From positions 153,574,001 through 153,638,000 of the forward strand of contig OZ360219.1 in the NCBI GenBank assembly GCA_977017645.1: a DNA stretch of 64,000 nt, given 5' to 3'. The notes beneath the pieces are model-generated. The model ran no database searches and was not told where the DNA came from. It worked only from the letters and a program-made list of their open reading frames with translations. The position numbers were made by a program, and so were the translations under genes. Shown piece by piece: positions 63,880-64,000 of this stretch (positions within the stretch are counted from its first letter, which is position 1; each line of letters begins with the position of its first letter). Source of the DNA: Torpedo marmorata. Taxonomy: Eukaryota.

Positions 63880-64000
63880 TCCAAAGAATTCTGAATATTT
63901 AATTTAGGTAAAGTAATTCTAGATAAAAATCTATTAATTTTCAAATCATCATGATCAACCTGAGATCTATATAAATTCTGATAATAATCTTTAAAAGATT
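63880..64000 (-). mobile_element. L1 ORF2 internal fragment running off the window
   Basis: Similar to 59630-59735; no adjacent 3' end, so possibly the inverted part of another insertion. Confidence 0.6.

Noticed and set aside
1-64000. CRISPR array, operon or prokaryotic defence system
   Set aside because: The sequence is spliced vertebrate DNA; there is no regular repeat-spacer array, and all RT and nuclease ORFs belong to eukaryotic TEs.

Overview
Vertebrate nuclear DNA, most likely a cartilaginous fish. This is inferred from the repeat mix: V-SINE/HE1-type SINEs, esterase-ORF1 CR1, Rex1/Babar, AT-rich L1, Penelope-like and Gypsy elements. It is not prokaryotic, and most ORFs in the track are transposon fragments or shadows. 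Host genes: (i) the last six coding exons of an intron-containing Haspin kinase gene (+ strand, 368-26080), all joined in phase at GT-AG sites; (ii) a convergent, unidentified minus-strand gene (about 47545-52041) whose 3' exons look frame-disrupted. The most striking feature is a 935-bp TA-flanked non-autonomous Tc1/mariner-superfamily element (589-1523) in a Haspin intron. It carries GC-rich first-exon fragments of two host genes: a DONSON-like N-terminus split in two, with the complete coding part of a PPM1G-like exon 1 and its splice donor between the halves. This is a chimeric Pack-TIR. Other points of note: a bidirectional housekeeping-type promoter cassette deep in a Haspin intron (15826-16088), a 132-bp near-perfect foldback (6090-6363), a Gmr1-type Gypsy with integrase before RT, hammerhead-like cores in Penelope termini, a twin-primed L1 retaining its 5' end, and multi-level TE nesting. 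All gene identifications come from recalled protein motifs, not database searches. Coordinates were counted by eye, and TE boundaries without TSDs are approximate.
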